DNA of 64,000 nucleotides from Eledone cirrhosa (Eukaryota). Shown here in pieces: positions 50,193-62,929 of this stretch. How positions within the stretch are numbered: position 1 is the first letter of the stretch; each line of letters begins with the position of its first letter. The DNA lies in NCBI GenBank assembly GCA_964016885.1, contig OZ024745.1:96162001-96226000 (forward strand), given 5' to 3'. The translations under genes were made by a program, and so were the position numbers. The notes below the pieces were generated by a model. The model worked only from the letters and a program-made list of their open reading frames with translations, was not told the DNA's origin and ran no database searches.

Positions 50193-51590
50193 ACAGTATT
50201 TACGTATCGAGAAAGAGAAAAAAAGGGGAGGATAGGTGATACATATAGTTATTTGCCAAGTAGCGTATGCCAAAGGTGCTCGATACTAGTGCCGGCAGTA
50301 TTAAATATTCGAAGTGTTAATATTTAGTGGGCTAGAGAGTTAGCAGAGCGTAAGCACGTGGGAAAGTAAAAAAAATCGGAGAATAGACCGTTAAAACATG
50401 TTTATTTAAAACAGCACCTACGTACGTTTCGCCCAGTTGGGCTTCTCAAGGGCATAAATAATCACAAGTGTTCCTTATATTGCTCGGAAAGAGTTTGGGG
50501 GGTTAAATCCGCATCAAGGTTCATTGCTCGCAAAAATATCTTGTTTTGATTTTGCAGCAGGTCAAGGGAGGTAACTCTGGCCGGTGTTAGGGCAGTCTTT
50601 CCCGGACAAATTTTTTTTTTTTTTTTTTTTGCCGCATCTGTTTGTCTGAGGCTGGGTCTGGTATGCAAGGATTGTTTCCTGGGTGTTATTTTGCAGCGCC
50701 TGCCCGCCGGGGTGTTAAGACTTGTTGCAGGGAGATCTGGTGTACGGTTTCACTCCTCATCCTTAACCCATCTGAAGAAGGATATTTTTAAGCGATGTGT
50801 ACAACTTATCGCTGTTTCAGCTCTGCTGTTGATGAGCTCATGGGGTGCAGTTATGATGTGGTAGAGCTCTATGAGGCAAAGATCGCATTTCCTCTTGAAG
50901 TTGTACGGTGCAGCCCTGCCGATAATCTCCCAGTGCGTGGAGAAGCTGATGTTTAAGTCCATTAGTGATGTGATGTAGTCCGCAAGCGAAGTGGAGTGCC
51001 TTAGTTTTCTATTTGTGAAAGAGTGGAGATGTGTTCTAAACCTAATTTTGAACGGGCCGGAGGTAGCCCCTATATAATGTTTAACGCTATTGTGGCTGGT
51101 AATACTGCATCTATATATAACCCTATCAGTCAAGCAGTATCCTCTAAGGGGGCAGCGTCCTCTGTCGCGGTTCCGTCTATTTCCCACGGTAAGGCTATCA
51201 TTGTTGCTGCCTACGTTGTTACCTACGCTACCGCAGCTGTTGTTAGCACCATTACAACCCACAGCACGCGGGGTGGTGCAATTGTTATTCCGCACGTCAT
51301 GTCCTACATGTTTCCCAGTCATTTCGCGGTTATGCTGGTTGCGTCTGCCGTTGCCAACACTATTGGATGCTGCCAGGAAGTTGTTAAGGCCGATATAGTT
51401 ATTGTCAGGTGTAGGTGCGTCTGTGTCGAGGTGCTGTGTCTTGGTGATCTTACTGTGGTTCGTTGTTCCTATGATGTCTGCTAGGTTAGGAGTAGTAGAG
51501 AAGGATATTTTTATATTGTTCCTATTAAGAATTTTTCTATACCTATGGTTAGGCGGGAAGTTCTTCTCTAAGGCTTGGAAACTTAGCTGA
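50193..51590 (-). mobile_element. 5'-truncated Penelope-like element: linker + C-terminal GIY-YIG endonuclease + pseudo-LTR
   Basis: Open frame ~51580-50750: NFPPNHRYRKILNRNNIKISFS...CPLRGYCL...VIYRC...YIGAT...FKIRFRTH...CDLCLIE...CTH. A hammerhead-like motif follows downstream. Confidence 0.85.
50413..50455 (-). ncRNA. Variant hammerhead-like motif in the Penelope pseudo-LTR
   Basis: CTTGAGAA GCCC-AACT-GGGC GAAAC GTAC GTA GGTG; non-canonical first core. Confidence 0.5.
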
Positions 51591-51886
51591 GAATAGACTT
51601 CCCTGACGACGGAATGTTTCTCTATATCTTCTTCGGAAAATATATTTACTCCATTCCAGAAACTAATTAGTTGGGAGTGATATTTTAGTAAGTAAGTTAA
51701 TTTTATAATTTTCTTATTTTACGTCTCTCATATTATTGTTCTGCAACCCCATGCATTGAACCACAATGTTACTAAGACAAAACCTATATATTTGCTAGCA
51801 TTGATATGCATCTGTATGTATATATATGTTACTAGATATTAATTCTTTATATATTTATATATATATATATATATATATAAGGACTA

Positions 51887-52230
51887 ATATCATCATCATC
51901 GTTTAACGTCCATCTTCCATGCTGGCATGGGTTTGGACGAGAATTTTCCCACTTGAGGCAAGATTGGTTGTCTTGCTCGTATAGGACTGTCTGGCGGGTT
52001 TTCTACGGCTGGGTGCCCTTGCCAACACCAACCACATTTACAATGTGTACTGGGAGGTTTTTACCGTGTTACCTACACGGCCACATTACAGTGTGGACTG
52101 TGTGTTTTTTTGTCGTGACACCTACACGACCTCATTTGTTGCGGACTGTATGTTGTGGTACCAACATAACTTCACATTTAAGGGGGTGGTGTGGATGGGG
52201 TGGGGGTAGTGGGACGGGGGTGTATTTTGT
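51887..52230 (-). mobile_element. Isolated 3' end of the RTE LINE at 29522-29860
   Basis: Closely similar to 29522-29860, including the (GAT)n tail. Confidence 0.85.
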
Positions 52231-52251
52231 AATATATATATATATATAAAG

Positions 52252-52498
<247 letters not shown>

Positions 52499-52620
52499 AA
52501 TATAGACATAGAATATTCGAAAATATTCTGTATGTTTATAATAAACATTTTGAAGACCTAATCGCTATAGAATAGAATACGTCACGTATTACAATTAGAT
52601 TCTCGATAAAAGCAAGGGAA

Positions 52621-52663
52621 GTAATCTACGCGTTTCATTCTTATTAGAAATCTTCAGGACTAC
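52621..52663 (-). ncRNA. Minimal type I hammerhead ribozyme motif
   Basis: GTAGTC CTGAAGA T-TTCT-AATA-AGAA-T GAAA CGCGTA GATTAC: 6-bp stem I, intact CUGANGA and GAAA cores, palindromic ACGCGT stem III, GUA cleavage triplet. Confidence 0.72.
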
Positions 52664-52771
52664 ATATCCAGTGCTTTTATCGAGAATGACACAGCTAGAG
52701 ACTTATAGAATACTTAGCTGTGTACAGGAACTGGTTTGAAAGAGCGGTTGCCGGTCCGGCAGAAATTAGAA

Positions 52772-53074
52772 ATTGGAATAAATGCTCTGAAATAGCGATA
52801 TATATGTGAATATAGACATAAAATATTCGAAAATATTCTGTATGTTTATAATAAACATTTTGAAGACCTAATCGCTATAGAATAGAATACGTCACGTATT
52901 ACAATTAGATTCTCGATAAAAGCATTTTATCGAGAATCTAATTGTAATACGTGACGTATTCTATTCTATAGCGATTAGGTCTTCAAAATGTTTATTATAA
53001 ACATACAGAATATTTTCGAATATTCTATGTCTATATTCACATATATATCGCTATTTCAGAGCATTTATTCCAAT
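52772..53074. repeat. Inverted repeat with 150-bp arms and a 3-nt loop
   Basis: Arms 52772-52921 and 52925-53074; one mismatch seen. Confidence 0.92.
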
Positions 53075-53107
53075 ATATATATATATATATATAAAGGACT
53101 ATATATA

Positions 53108-53138
<31 letters not shown>

Positions 53139-53518
53139 AGGACTATATATATATATATATATAATTGGAAATCAGTAAAATCGAATCTCTGGCTGTTTGC
53201 AAGTAAATTCGGCCTACTTATATGAAATGATGAGTTAGCAAAACACTCGATATGATAGGGCCTTAGAGTAATAGCAAACGTTTAAATAGCTTGACAAATC
53301 AAACAGTGTGGTAGGCGAATCTAACACACAATATATACCAAAGCAACGATAGAACTAATCACGTTGAATATATATATATAAGAATATTTTCGAAACACCG
53401 AGCGAGTTTGAAATTATAAATATAAGCTATCGCCATATCTTGACTAAATAAATTAAATAAATTATTTAGCCTGATAGTGGGGTTAAGAACCCTCAGAAAA
53501 ATGGACAAAAATGAGTAT

Positions 53519-53589
53519 TGATGTACATGGGAGTCGAACCCACATCTTTGGTTATCCAGACCACTGTGTTACCATTACACCAACACATC
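53519..53589 (-). tRNA. Inverted second copy of the tRNA-like cloverleaf
   Basis: Same fold (D-arm GTGT/ACAC, acceptor GATGTGT/GTACATC) with a downstream TTTTT. Confidence 0.5.
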
Positions 53590-53838
53590 ACCCGTCTTTT
53601 TCCATTCAAATTAGAAGCTATATTCTTAGCAACTGTAATGTCATGTAAGAATATTTTCGAAACACCGAGGGTTCTTAAACCCACTATCAGCCTAAATAAT
53701 TTCTTTAATTTCTTTAGTCAAAATACGGTGATAGCTTATATTTATAATTTCAAACTCGCTCGCTGTTTTGAAAATATTCTTACTTGACATTACAGTTGCT
53801 AAGATTACAGCTTCTAATTTGAATGGAAGAAGACGGGT

Positions 53839-53909
53839 GATGTGTTGGTGTTATGGTAGCACAGTGGTCTGGATAACCAAAGATGTGGGTTCGACTCCCA
53901 TGTACGTCA
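53839..53909 (+). tRNA. tRNA-like cloverleaf (GGA triplet, U37); probably a pseudo-tRNA or repeat-borne Pol III unit
   Basis: Acceptor GATGTGT/GTACGTC, D-arm GTGT/GCAC, anticodon arm TGGT-CTGGATA-ACCA, T-arm GTGGG-TTCGACT-CCCAT; TTTTT 10 nt downstream. Confidence 0.5.
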
Positions 53910-54538
53910 ATACTCATCTTTTTCCATTTCTCCGAGGGTTCTTAACCCCAATATCAGGCTAAATAATTTCTTTAGTCAAAATACAGTGATAGCTTATATT
54001 TATAATATATTTATAATATATATATATGCAAAATGCAAACAGAAATAACAAAGCAAACACAGTACAATGAAGAAATATGTTATTAGTTTTACGCTTGATA
54101 TAGTAGAAAAAGAGTCTTAACATTTTGGACATTAGTCCTTCATCAAGAAAGAATGAGAAATTAAAGAAGAAATAGAAAGATTGAGGAGTCGGGAAGGGTT
54201 GAAAAAACATTTTTTTTAGAGAAAAATAGCAGGTCCATTCATGTTGCCATCTCTTATATAACAGTTTTATACATTTTCTGTCCAGCAATTTTACTTAGAA
54301 GGCAATGGTCAGCATGAGGCTTTTGTAGAAGACACTTATCCAAGGAGTCATGTGATAGAATAACCTGAAACCATGTAGTTGCCAAGTGAACTTCTTAATA
54401 ATATAACAATGTCTGTGCCGCAATATGATTGACGAAAACCCTTCAAGGTTGTGAGTTGCCTTGCATAGCTACAATCCAATAGTCAAAAATAGTAGAAGAA
54501 ATTTTTTTTTTTTAATTCTATCAATTAAAAAAGGATAC

Positions 54539-54671
54539 ATTGTTTGATCTGATTGAATTTAAAGCCTGCTGCTGACGTTACACCAAAATCAATAAGACAA
54601 GCGATAAGTCCAGTAACCACTCCAATTGAGAACATTACAAACCACCGGACCATACCAATGTAAATGTTTTT
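54539..54671 (-). CDS. CLCN7: CLCN7 exon c (133 nt): KNIYIGMVRWFVMFSIGVVTGLIACLIDFGVTSAAGFKFNQIKQ
   Basis: tttacag acceptor; U12-type donor GTATCCTTT; RW...IG..TGL.AC.ID helix. Confidence 0.95.
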
Positions 54672-56158
54672 CTGTAAAATAATAAGGAAATTAAATTAAA
54701 TACACCACAGAACAGCGGATAAGTAAAATATATTAACTGGTAATAATTACTAATAATTGTTTCTACTTATGGCACAAGGCCAGCAATTACCCAGTGCATT
54801 ACTGGTGCCTTATTTTATCAACCACCGTAAGGATGAAAGGCAAAGTTAGCCTCGGTGGGATTTGAACTCAGACCGTAAAGGGGCGTAACTCTAGGCTGCA
54901 AAGCATGGCGTCCGACCCTCTACCAATACTGCCAATCCATTTATTATTATGGTTAATTGGTAATAATTATAATTATTTATTATAATGACTAATGATTTTA
55001 TTATGATTATATTTCAAAATATGTCAACAATGAAAAAAATTTTAACTTGATCATTTTATTATTTTCATATATATGGAGAAAAGATGTTAAATATACTAAC
55101 ATCATAAAACATCAAAAACCATGAAAATATTATTAATGTTATATATTGTTGACATTATTATATGGAGCTGAACCAGACAGTAACAGAAGTATTATTAACC
55201 CTTTAGCATTTAAACCGGCCATATCTGGCCAGAATTCTCTCACCTCTTTCTGTTCAAACTGGTTGTAACCAGCCACTCATACCGATGTATGCGCTTTTTG
55301 TTGTGACACCTACACAACCACTTTACACTGTGGGCTGGGCACTTTTTGTCATGACACCTACGCAACCACTTTACAGTGGGGCCTGGGCACTTTTTGTCAT
55401 GACACCTACACAACCACTTTACAGTGGGGCCTGGGCACTTTTTGTCATGACACCTACACAACCACTTTACAGTGGGGCCTGGGCACTTTTTGTCATGACA
55501 CCTACACAACCACTTTACAGTGGGGCCTGGGCACTTTTTGTCATGACACCTACACAACCACTTTACACAGTGGGGCCTGGGCACTTTTTGTCATGACACC
55601 TACACACCACTTTACAGTGGTGGCTGGGCACTTTTTGTCATGACACTTACACGACCACTTTGATTTCGTAGATAGCTTTGGTTTGTTCTATGGATGTATT
55701 TACATTAAAGTTAAGGCAATTGACAACTTTATTTACATGTATATATGTCATATTTTGGAGTGGTCATTGTGTCCATTGGCCCAAGAGACTATCTAAAACG
55801 ACTGGCATAAAAGTCTGTTTGTGGGATCACCTGTTATTGCATTTAATTGTGTTCATAAATAATTTTCAGTCAGTGTAGATTCCTTTTTGTCATGTTTAGG
55901 CAATTAACAGTCATAATTACATATTGTTACTGTTTGGCAGGTGTTCTCCATTGACATCTTGCAGGCAGAGGTCCCTTTGCAGGATGGGTTATTTTGCATT
56001 TGATTATATTCGGGAATAACTTTCAAACTGAGGTAGATTTGTATATGTTCAAGTTAAGGCAAGTGACTGGATGTGGTTTAAAATGTCTGTTTGTGTAATA
56101 GCAGCAACTTCCCATATATGGGAACAATACTCAATTGTGAGTCTTAATTGAAGTTTGT

Positions 56159-56978
56159 TTAACCCTTTAGCATTTACATTACTCTATATATACTACTGTA
56201 TTAGCGCAGTAAAGGCTTTATCTTACATAATTATCTATATATATAAAACTGAGGATGTCTGTCTGTGTGTGTGTGAGTTTGAATCCCTAAAACTAGAGAA
56301 CTACCCAACCAACTGTTTTCAAACTTTACACATGTAATACTTATGTTTCAGGGAGTGTTCTCAGCAAAAAGAATTTCAAATTTTCAATGCCTTAGGGACC
56401 GCATTAGGCGATTTAACGATCTCTCTCTATAATTCTTAGTCTTTCTCTTTTTAGATAGATACATACATATAACGTTGTGCCCTTATAATATCTGTCTGTA
56501 TGTCTGGCTGTCTGCATTACGTCACTTCCTACAATTCGCTCTGCGTCCAGAATGCGCCCTTATAATATCTGTCTGTATGTCTGGCTGTCTGCTGCCTCCA
56601 GTTATTTTCCACCCTTGCTCAAGACAAATCTCACACTCATTCCCCAAACAGTTGGTAAGTGCACACAACTTCTTCCTCATGTTTTAAGCCACAGTGATGC
56701 TTACTTACGTACCACCAGACCCTTACTTCTTTGTCAGCCGTGGTTGTGGCAATACTAAGCTTAGCTAAGGCAGTTATATATTTCACAATACCTTATCCCG
56801 TGCAACGCCGGGTACCACTGCTAGTCTCACATAATATTGAATCTATGAGATTTTGATATTATTCATTTTGAGAACAATACCTTAACATCAGTATGAGTGG
56901 CCAGTTACAGCCGGATTGAACAGAAAGAGGTGAGAGAATTCTGGCCGAATACAGCCGGTTTAAATGCTAAAGGGTTAA
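56159..56978 (-). mobile_element. TTAA MITE family A copy interrupted by a Helitron-like element
   Basis: MITE sequence aatta|tctcacata is restored exactly when 56234-56824 is removed. Confidence 0.88.
56234..56824 (+). mobile_element. Non-autonomous Helitron-like element (591 bp)
   Basis: 5' TC(TA)nAAA start, (CTGT)n/(GT)n tract, 3' hairpin CCCGtgcaacgcCGGG followed by CTAG. Inserted between A and T with no TSD. Confidence 0.88.
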
Positions 56979-57470
56979 GGGTTAAAAATTGATCTGGGTT
57001 GAAATATTTTTTATGTTGAAGAAGATAGCCAGATTTTGTGATGCAGTCTTTGCTATGATAAGGATGCGTGATAGAAACTAGCATTTGCAGTGATCGTAAT
57101 AGTTCTAGCTGCTTGTTTTTCAGGTTTAGTGATTTCTTAATATGTATAGTGATTAAATCTTTGCTGAAGGAGATAAGATTGATATGACCTCATTGGAAGT
57201 GATGAAAATACTAAGCATTCAAGAGACACTGAAGAAATTAGTTTGTGAGTTGTTGAAGATGGTAATAGCCTTGACCTGTATATCACTTGGATCAATATGT
57301 ATGGTATGAGAAACTATGGGATTATGGAAAATTAAATTGATAAAAGCTTTGACAAATGGTGTGGTAGAGGTAAAACAACACTTGATCAGTGAGTAAGTTC
57401 AAAGAGCAGTATAGGAAGAAAGTGAGATTCTAAATGGAACTCTAGAAGAGCATATAGTAACATAACATAC

Positions 57471-57536
57471 CCATTTTGTTCTGTCAATCAGTTCTTTTTC
57501 ATAGATGCTGTTTTCAACTGGATCATAATCCAAACT
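57471..57536 (-). CDS. CLCN7: CLCN7 exon b (66 nt): SLDYDPVENSIYEKELIDRTKW
   Basis: tttccag / GTATGT; conserved SLDYD..EN motif. Confidence 0.93.
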
Positions 57537-58642
57537 CTGGAAATTGAAAATTAAATTTTAAAAATATTATAAGATAAAATAATAAAAATTTCAAATCTGA
57601 CACTATAATGTTTTTTTGTTTTTTTAGCAGATTTAATAAACAATTGGAATTATGAAGGATCATCAGTTAGTCAAACACTTAAAGATTATCTATTTTTCAA
57701 TTTCAAATGTCTTCCTTGTAAACATTTCCCATTCCACCAATACCAAACAAATAAAAAAATTATTGCTTTATTCACAACAAAATTATTTTTCCATAAGCTG
57801 AATAAAAGAGATGTAAAATGACAGTGGATAGGATAATGTACTACCAATAGATTTCTCTTAAGTTCAAATTCCTTGAAACTGTTTTAAAATATATCTGGAT
57901 AGATTCCTTTAATAGGTTCCAGAAATGATAGATTCCTTTAATAGGTACCAGATCTTCTGAAAGTATCATTTTAGAGTCTGGTGCAAGGTTAGATGTATCA
58001 CTCAGCTGCTTAGTTCCAATTTAAACATTGTCCATTAAACTAAATATACTACCATATAGCATGACTGAATAGTTAAGAGGTTTGTGTAACAGTCACAAAG
58101 TCCTGGAATTGATCTGATTGTATGGCATCTTGGACTGTTACCATAGTCTAAGTCTCTAAGTCTGAAGTCTCTCTCAATCCAGAAAGCTTGTTAGGCTAGT
58201 GCTCATCTCGGTTTCATGGCATGAAGCAACAGAGTACAAAACTCCCTCACCACCCAGACATGACGCCAGTCCATCACAGGGTTAAACCCCCAGCTATTGC
58301 TGGTACTCATTTTCAGCTGAGTATACTAGTGTAACATGAAATGAAGTGTTTTGCTCAAGAACACAACACAACCCAGCCCAAGAACTGAACTCACAACATT
58401 ATGATCATAAGTCCACCCTTACCACTAGGCCACGTACCTTTATAGCCTCAGGTCAATCTAATCATGTGAGTGGGATTAAGTAAACAGAAACTGTGTGGAA
58501 ATTCAATCAATAGATTGCCCTTGTAAATCAAAGATTTATTTAACCTTGTCACATACTATGCCATATTGATTCTGTCTGATGGTTATATTAAGAGGAGAAT
58601 ACTTAGCCATTTATATGGCAATTCGATGAGTAGTTCAATTGA

Positions 58643-58884
58643 TTAACCCTTTCATAACTGTATTTCTAATGAAATAAACTATTTTAATTAATTAGTGAAG
58701 AGTTTTGAATGAGGGATTTACTAAAATTATTAATCATTTCATTACTAAGATAGGAACTAAATGTAAGGTTCTTATATAAAATTACGTTGAAAGATTAATT
58801 TAATTTGGAAACCTTTAAAATGGGGGGGGGGGGATTTCATAGAACCAGAGCTGGTTTTGGCCAGGTTGGTAACTAAAAAGTTAA
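58643..58884 (-). mobile_element. TTAA MITE family B copy
   Basis: Reverse-complement homologue of 27054-27287. Confidence 0.78.
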
Positions 58885-59068
58885 ACAAAGGAAACCATTA
58901 TCAAATCTGATAGAGATTCATTTACTGCCAAACTACCACACAAATAAATAAACTACAAATGTAACACTAATCAAAATACCAATGAATATTTGACTGTAAA
59001 TGATTTATTTAGTCTAGACAAGAGTTAATTATTTTACATACATTTCTAATAAGTTAATTAAAACTATA

Positions 59069-59899
59069 TGAGGACTGTCAAAAAAGTATCCAACTTTAGA
59101 CTGGGGAAAACAATGATGTACTAGGTAGGATTCAATTGCTAATCTCCTTAAAACTAGGCCTCTAATGTCTCCACACACTTAGTCTAATGATCCTTCAACT
59201 GTTTGAAGTATTCTTGGAATGTTTCTGGAATAGCTCACAACTCCGTCATTACAGACTACGTGATATCATCTTGACACACAAAGTCAGGAGCTATGTCAAG
59301 AAGGTAGGGAGTCTGCCAATTGAGCCAAATGCTTTTCTTTACCAAGGAACTTTGGATCAGCTGTCACAAATGGGCCAGGATGTTGTCATGCTGCAGCTGC
59401 CAGTTTTGTGAGGCCTACATATCCAGTCGTTCACACAGAATTACATTTGGAAGATGTTAGAGGACTTCCTTTGTAACTGTTTGTCCTTCTGATGCATAGT
59501 TCTGATGCAAAATGCTTTGGTAATCGAAGAAAACAGTCAGCAGCACCTTTATTTTGCACCACACCTGACATGCCCTTTTGGGTCTTGGCAGTATTCGATG
59601 CTTTCAGTATGAAAACTGTACTTTGGTTTTTGGGACACACCCATGCATCCAAATCTCACCTCTAGTTATCATAGTAATCAATATCCTTATCATAGTAATC
59701 AATATCCTTGGCAATATCAGACGAAATGAAAATACAAGTAAAATGGCACTTCAACAGAAACTAATGCATTCGGCAAGCTTGCCAAAAACCATTCATGCAC
59801 ATGAATGTATGTGACTTCAATCTGCACATTTTTTGTTTCCCTAAATTCATTACTTTCCATGAGAAAAAATAAAACCAGATACTTTTTTGAAAGATCTCA
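59069..59899 (-). mobile_element. Decayed mariner element
   Basis: TA-flanked imperfect TIRs (TGAGGACTGTCAAAAAAGTATC / GATACTTTTTTGAAAGATCTCA); minus-strand WQLQHDN motif. Confidence 0.7.
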
Positions 59900-59927
59900 T
59901 ATGATACCCTTTGTTAAATAATAATAC

Positions 59928-59993
59928 CTCGTAAAGATTGCTGAGACCAGCATTTTCCTTCTCATTGTGAATCATATCTGCAAACTCATCTCT
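59928..59993 (-). CDS. CLCN7: CLCN7 exon a (66 nt): RDEFADMIHNEKENAGLSNLYE
   Basis: tttttatag acceptor and GTATTA donor; resembles the HNEK...YE segment that precedes SLDYD in CLC-7. Confidence 0.8.
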
Positions 59994-60796
59994 CTATAAA
60001 AAGAAAAATAAGATGAAAATGAATTCATTTAGATTTATTATTCAACACATATACATAATACATATCCAATGAAAACTTCATTTAGAATTAAATATTCTAT
60101 AATTGTCTTATATTGTTATGTTAATAATCAACTATAAAAATTACATGAAAATCTTTGACCTGTAGTACAACAAACAGCTCTTCATTTATTTTATGAAAGG
60201 TAGATAAAACAACTGTTAACTGGCAACTTCTAATGTCTGAAATATGCCTACAGTTTGATACTGACTCCTTGAATTTACAGATTTCAACAATTTTCACACT
60301 TCAGAAACTAATATAGAACTATGGTAGATTTATCATCATCCATTCATATCCATTTTTCCAACTTTCCATGTGTTAGACAAGTTATTTTCAACTCAGTTTT
60401 CCCTCCACCTGCAGTGTTCCTTCGTTATCTCGTCTATGGGGTTCAGTGGTTTGAGATCTGTTCTCACTACTTCTGTCCAGGCCTTCCTTTATCTTTTACA
60501 GCAACTTCCTTCCACAAGGAACTCCTGGCACTTTTTCAACCAGCAATCATCATCCATATGCATCATATTCATCTCTTTTGCACATTATATTTGATTCGTC
60601 TTATACTCAATTTTTCTCTTAGCTCATCCATTAACATCACACATCTATTGAAGTATGCTCACTTTATTTCTGTCCAGATTTTGTATATCCTCACAATTTA
60701 CTGTCCATATTTCACTTCCATGCAACATCACACCTCACATGCAGGCACCATAAAGCTGGCCTTTCATTCATAGTGAGAAACCTTTTGTTGTCAACA

Positions 60797-60936
60797 GATT
60801 CTGTTAAGTCTACAGGGGACCAGTTATTCTGTTAAGTCTACAGGGGAGCAGTCATTCTGTTAAGTCTACAGGGGAGCAGTCATTCTGTTAAGTCTACAGG
60901 GGAGCAGTCATTCTGTTAAGTCTACAGGGGAGCAGT
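60797..60936. repeat. 28-bp tandem repeat, 5 copies
   Basis: ttctgttaagtctacaggggagcagtca. Confidence 0.9.
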
Positions 60937-61410
60937 ACTTCTTTCATCCACTCATTCTCCACATTCATCAACTTCTCATAACAACATTTCAAAATCACTT
61001 TCTTCAGAGCATCAGTGAGGCCAAGTACACCAGTGTTATTCTGAACACGTTATTCATAGTGGAAGGAAGCTGGGAAAGGAACAAAAAAACAAGAAAGAAA
61101 TGTGCAGAGGTGGTGAAAGCAGATCTTAATAAACTGAACCTCACAAAGAATATTACAAAGGAAAGAAACAATAGAGAGGGGTTGTGCAGTTTGTTTCTTC
61201 TCTTCACATTTGGCATTACAGGCAGTGATATGTGTTTATGTTCTGTACTAACAGAAATCCCACTGTTCAACAATTAGATGTGCAAAGATCCATATCTTTC
61301 ATAAAAAGAAAACCTACAAGAGAGAGAGCTGGCATTAGGTAGGCCCTCCAACCATAGAAGTCTGTCTCAAAATATCCCAACCAAATCATGCTAGCATAGA
61401 AAAATGAACA

Positions 61411-61639
61411 TTAACCCTTTAGCATTTAAACCGGCCATATCTGGCCAGAATTCTCTCACCTCTTTCTGTTCAAACAGGCCATAACCGGCTGCTCATAATG
61501 ACATTAAGGTAATGTTCTCAAAATAAATAATATCAAAATCTCATAGATTCGATATTATGCGAGATAATTATGTAAGATAAAGCCTTTTCTGTGAAAATAC
61601 AATAGTAAATATGGAGTAATGTAAATGCTAAAAGGTTAA
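61411..61639 (+). mobile_element. TTAA MITE family A copy
   Basis: TIRs and body match the family. Confidence 0.9.
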
Positions 61640-62209
61640 ACAGATATGTATCTTGGACTACATTATCTAATGTGGTTAGAGCAACCAATTAAAGGCTCCC
61701 ATGCTAGTTCATTGAATTCCTATTTTAATGATATGGCTGGTTAGGTTCAGTAACTATATGTGGTGAGTCAATGAGGCAACCTCCATAAATTTTGCTTCAA
61801 CTTGTTACAAATAGCAGCCAAGTCGCCTTCAGATCAAATTCCAAAAAAATATTAGTGTTCACTTCCCATGATAAATGAATTGTGATTTCTCCTATAAAAA
61901 GACTTAGCTGAATAACAACAATCACCATAGTGAACCAATTTGCCTCTAGTATTCATATATATCACTACCATACAGAGGGTATGCTCTCAATAAATGATCT
62001 GTCAACTGTTAAGACTGTCAGGCTAAACTAGAAGTGACAATCTGTAAAGAAAGAAAGAAAAGAAAGGAAACTAAGAAGTGGTAAAGCTGTTAGTATTAAT
62101 GTTTTATTGTGAATACTGGATATTATAAATAGAATGCAGGCATAGTTGAATGGTTAAGGTTACTTCACATACACAACATTCTAGATTTGATGCAGTGTGA
62201 CATCTAGAT

Positions 62210-62388
62210 CGGACATGTCAAACATGCGGCCCACACAAAGGTTTTTACAACACAAGCATGTTTTATCTTCGTAATATAAAATTTTAAAAATTAGTTGTAA
62301 TGTGTTCAATTAGTTGTCATGTGTGGCCCTCAGACAACACATATGTGACCTATGTGGCCCTTGGTGGACCCTCAGTTTGACATGACTG
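62210..62388. mobile_element. hAT-type MITE
   Basis: TIRs cggacatgtcaaac / gtttgacatgactg; TSD atctagat / atctagcg; subterminal gtggccc motifs. Confidence 0.7.
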
Positions 62389-62703
62389 ATCTAGCGTCTT
62401 GTCTTTTACCATAGCCTTCATTTAACTCAGGCCTTCAGTGAAAATTGGTAGATGGAAACTATGTGGAAGTCTATTAGATGGACTGTACATGTAATCCAAA
62501 GGTCTTGTCTGTCACATTGCATTATGTTGATTCTTTTGGAGAATTACTTCAAGGGTAAATATGTTTGTGAAATACTTAACCACTTACTTGCTAATTTAAT
62601 GAGTAGGTAGTTCAGTTTGGTTGAACAACTGGGTGTTCATATGTCCATCATATTGTATGTCACTGAATGTTAATTTTGTGTGCCAGCATGTGATTAGGTA
62701 TAT

Positions 62704-62929
62704 TTAACCCTTTAGCATTTACATTATATCTATATTTGCTATAGTATTTTCATGGTAAAGGCTTTATCTCATATAATTATCTCACATAATATCGAATGAG
62801 ATTTTGATATTACTTATTTTAAGAACCATATCTTAACATCAGCATAAGCAGCTGGTTACAACCGGTTTGAATAGAAAGGGGTGAGAGAATTCTGGCTGGG
62901 TACAGCTGGTTTAAATGCTAAAGGGTTAA
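62704..62929 (-). mobile_element. TTAA MITE family A copy
   Basis: TIRs and body match the family. Confidence 0.9.

Noticed and set aside
53470-53500. CTGATAG-stem-GAAA as a hammerhead in the 267-bp unit
   Set aside because: The core is non-canonical and the GAAA position is not conserved in the inverted copy.
61920-62041. Strong minus-strand acceptor (tttctttctttacag) suggesting an upstream exon
   Set aside because: All three frames reach a stop within 24 nt. It could only be a UTR exon, and the sequence alone cannot support that.
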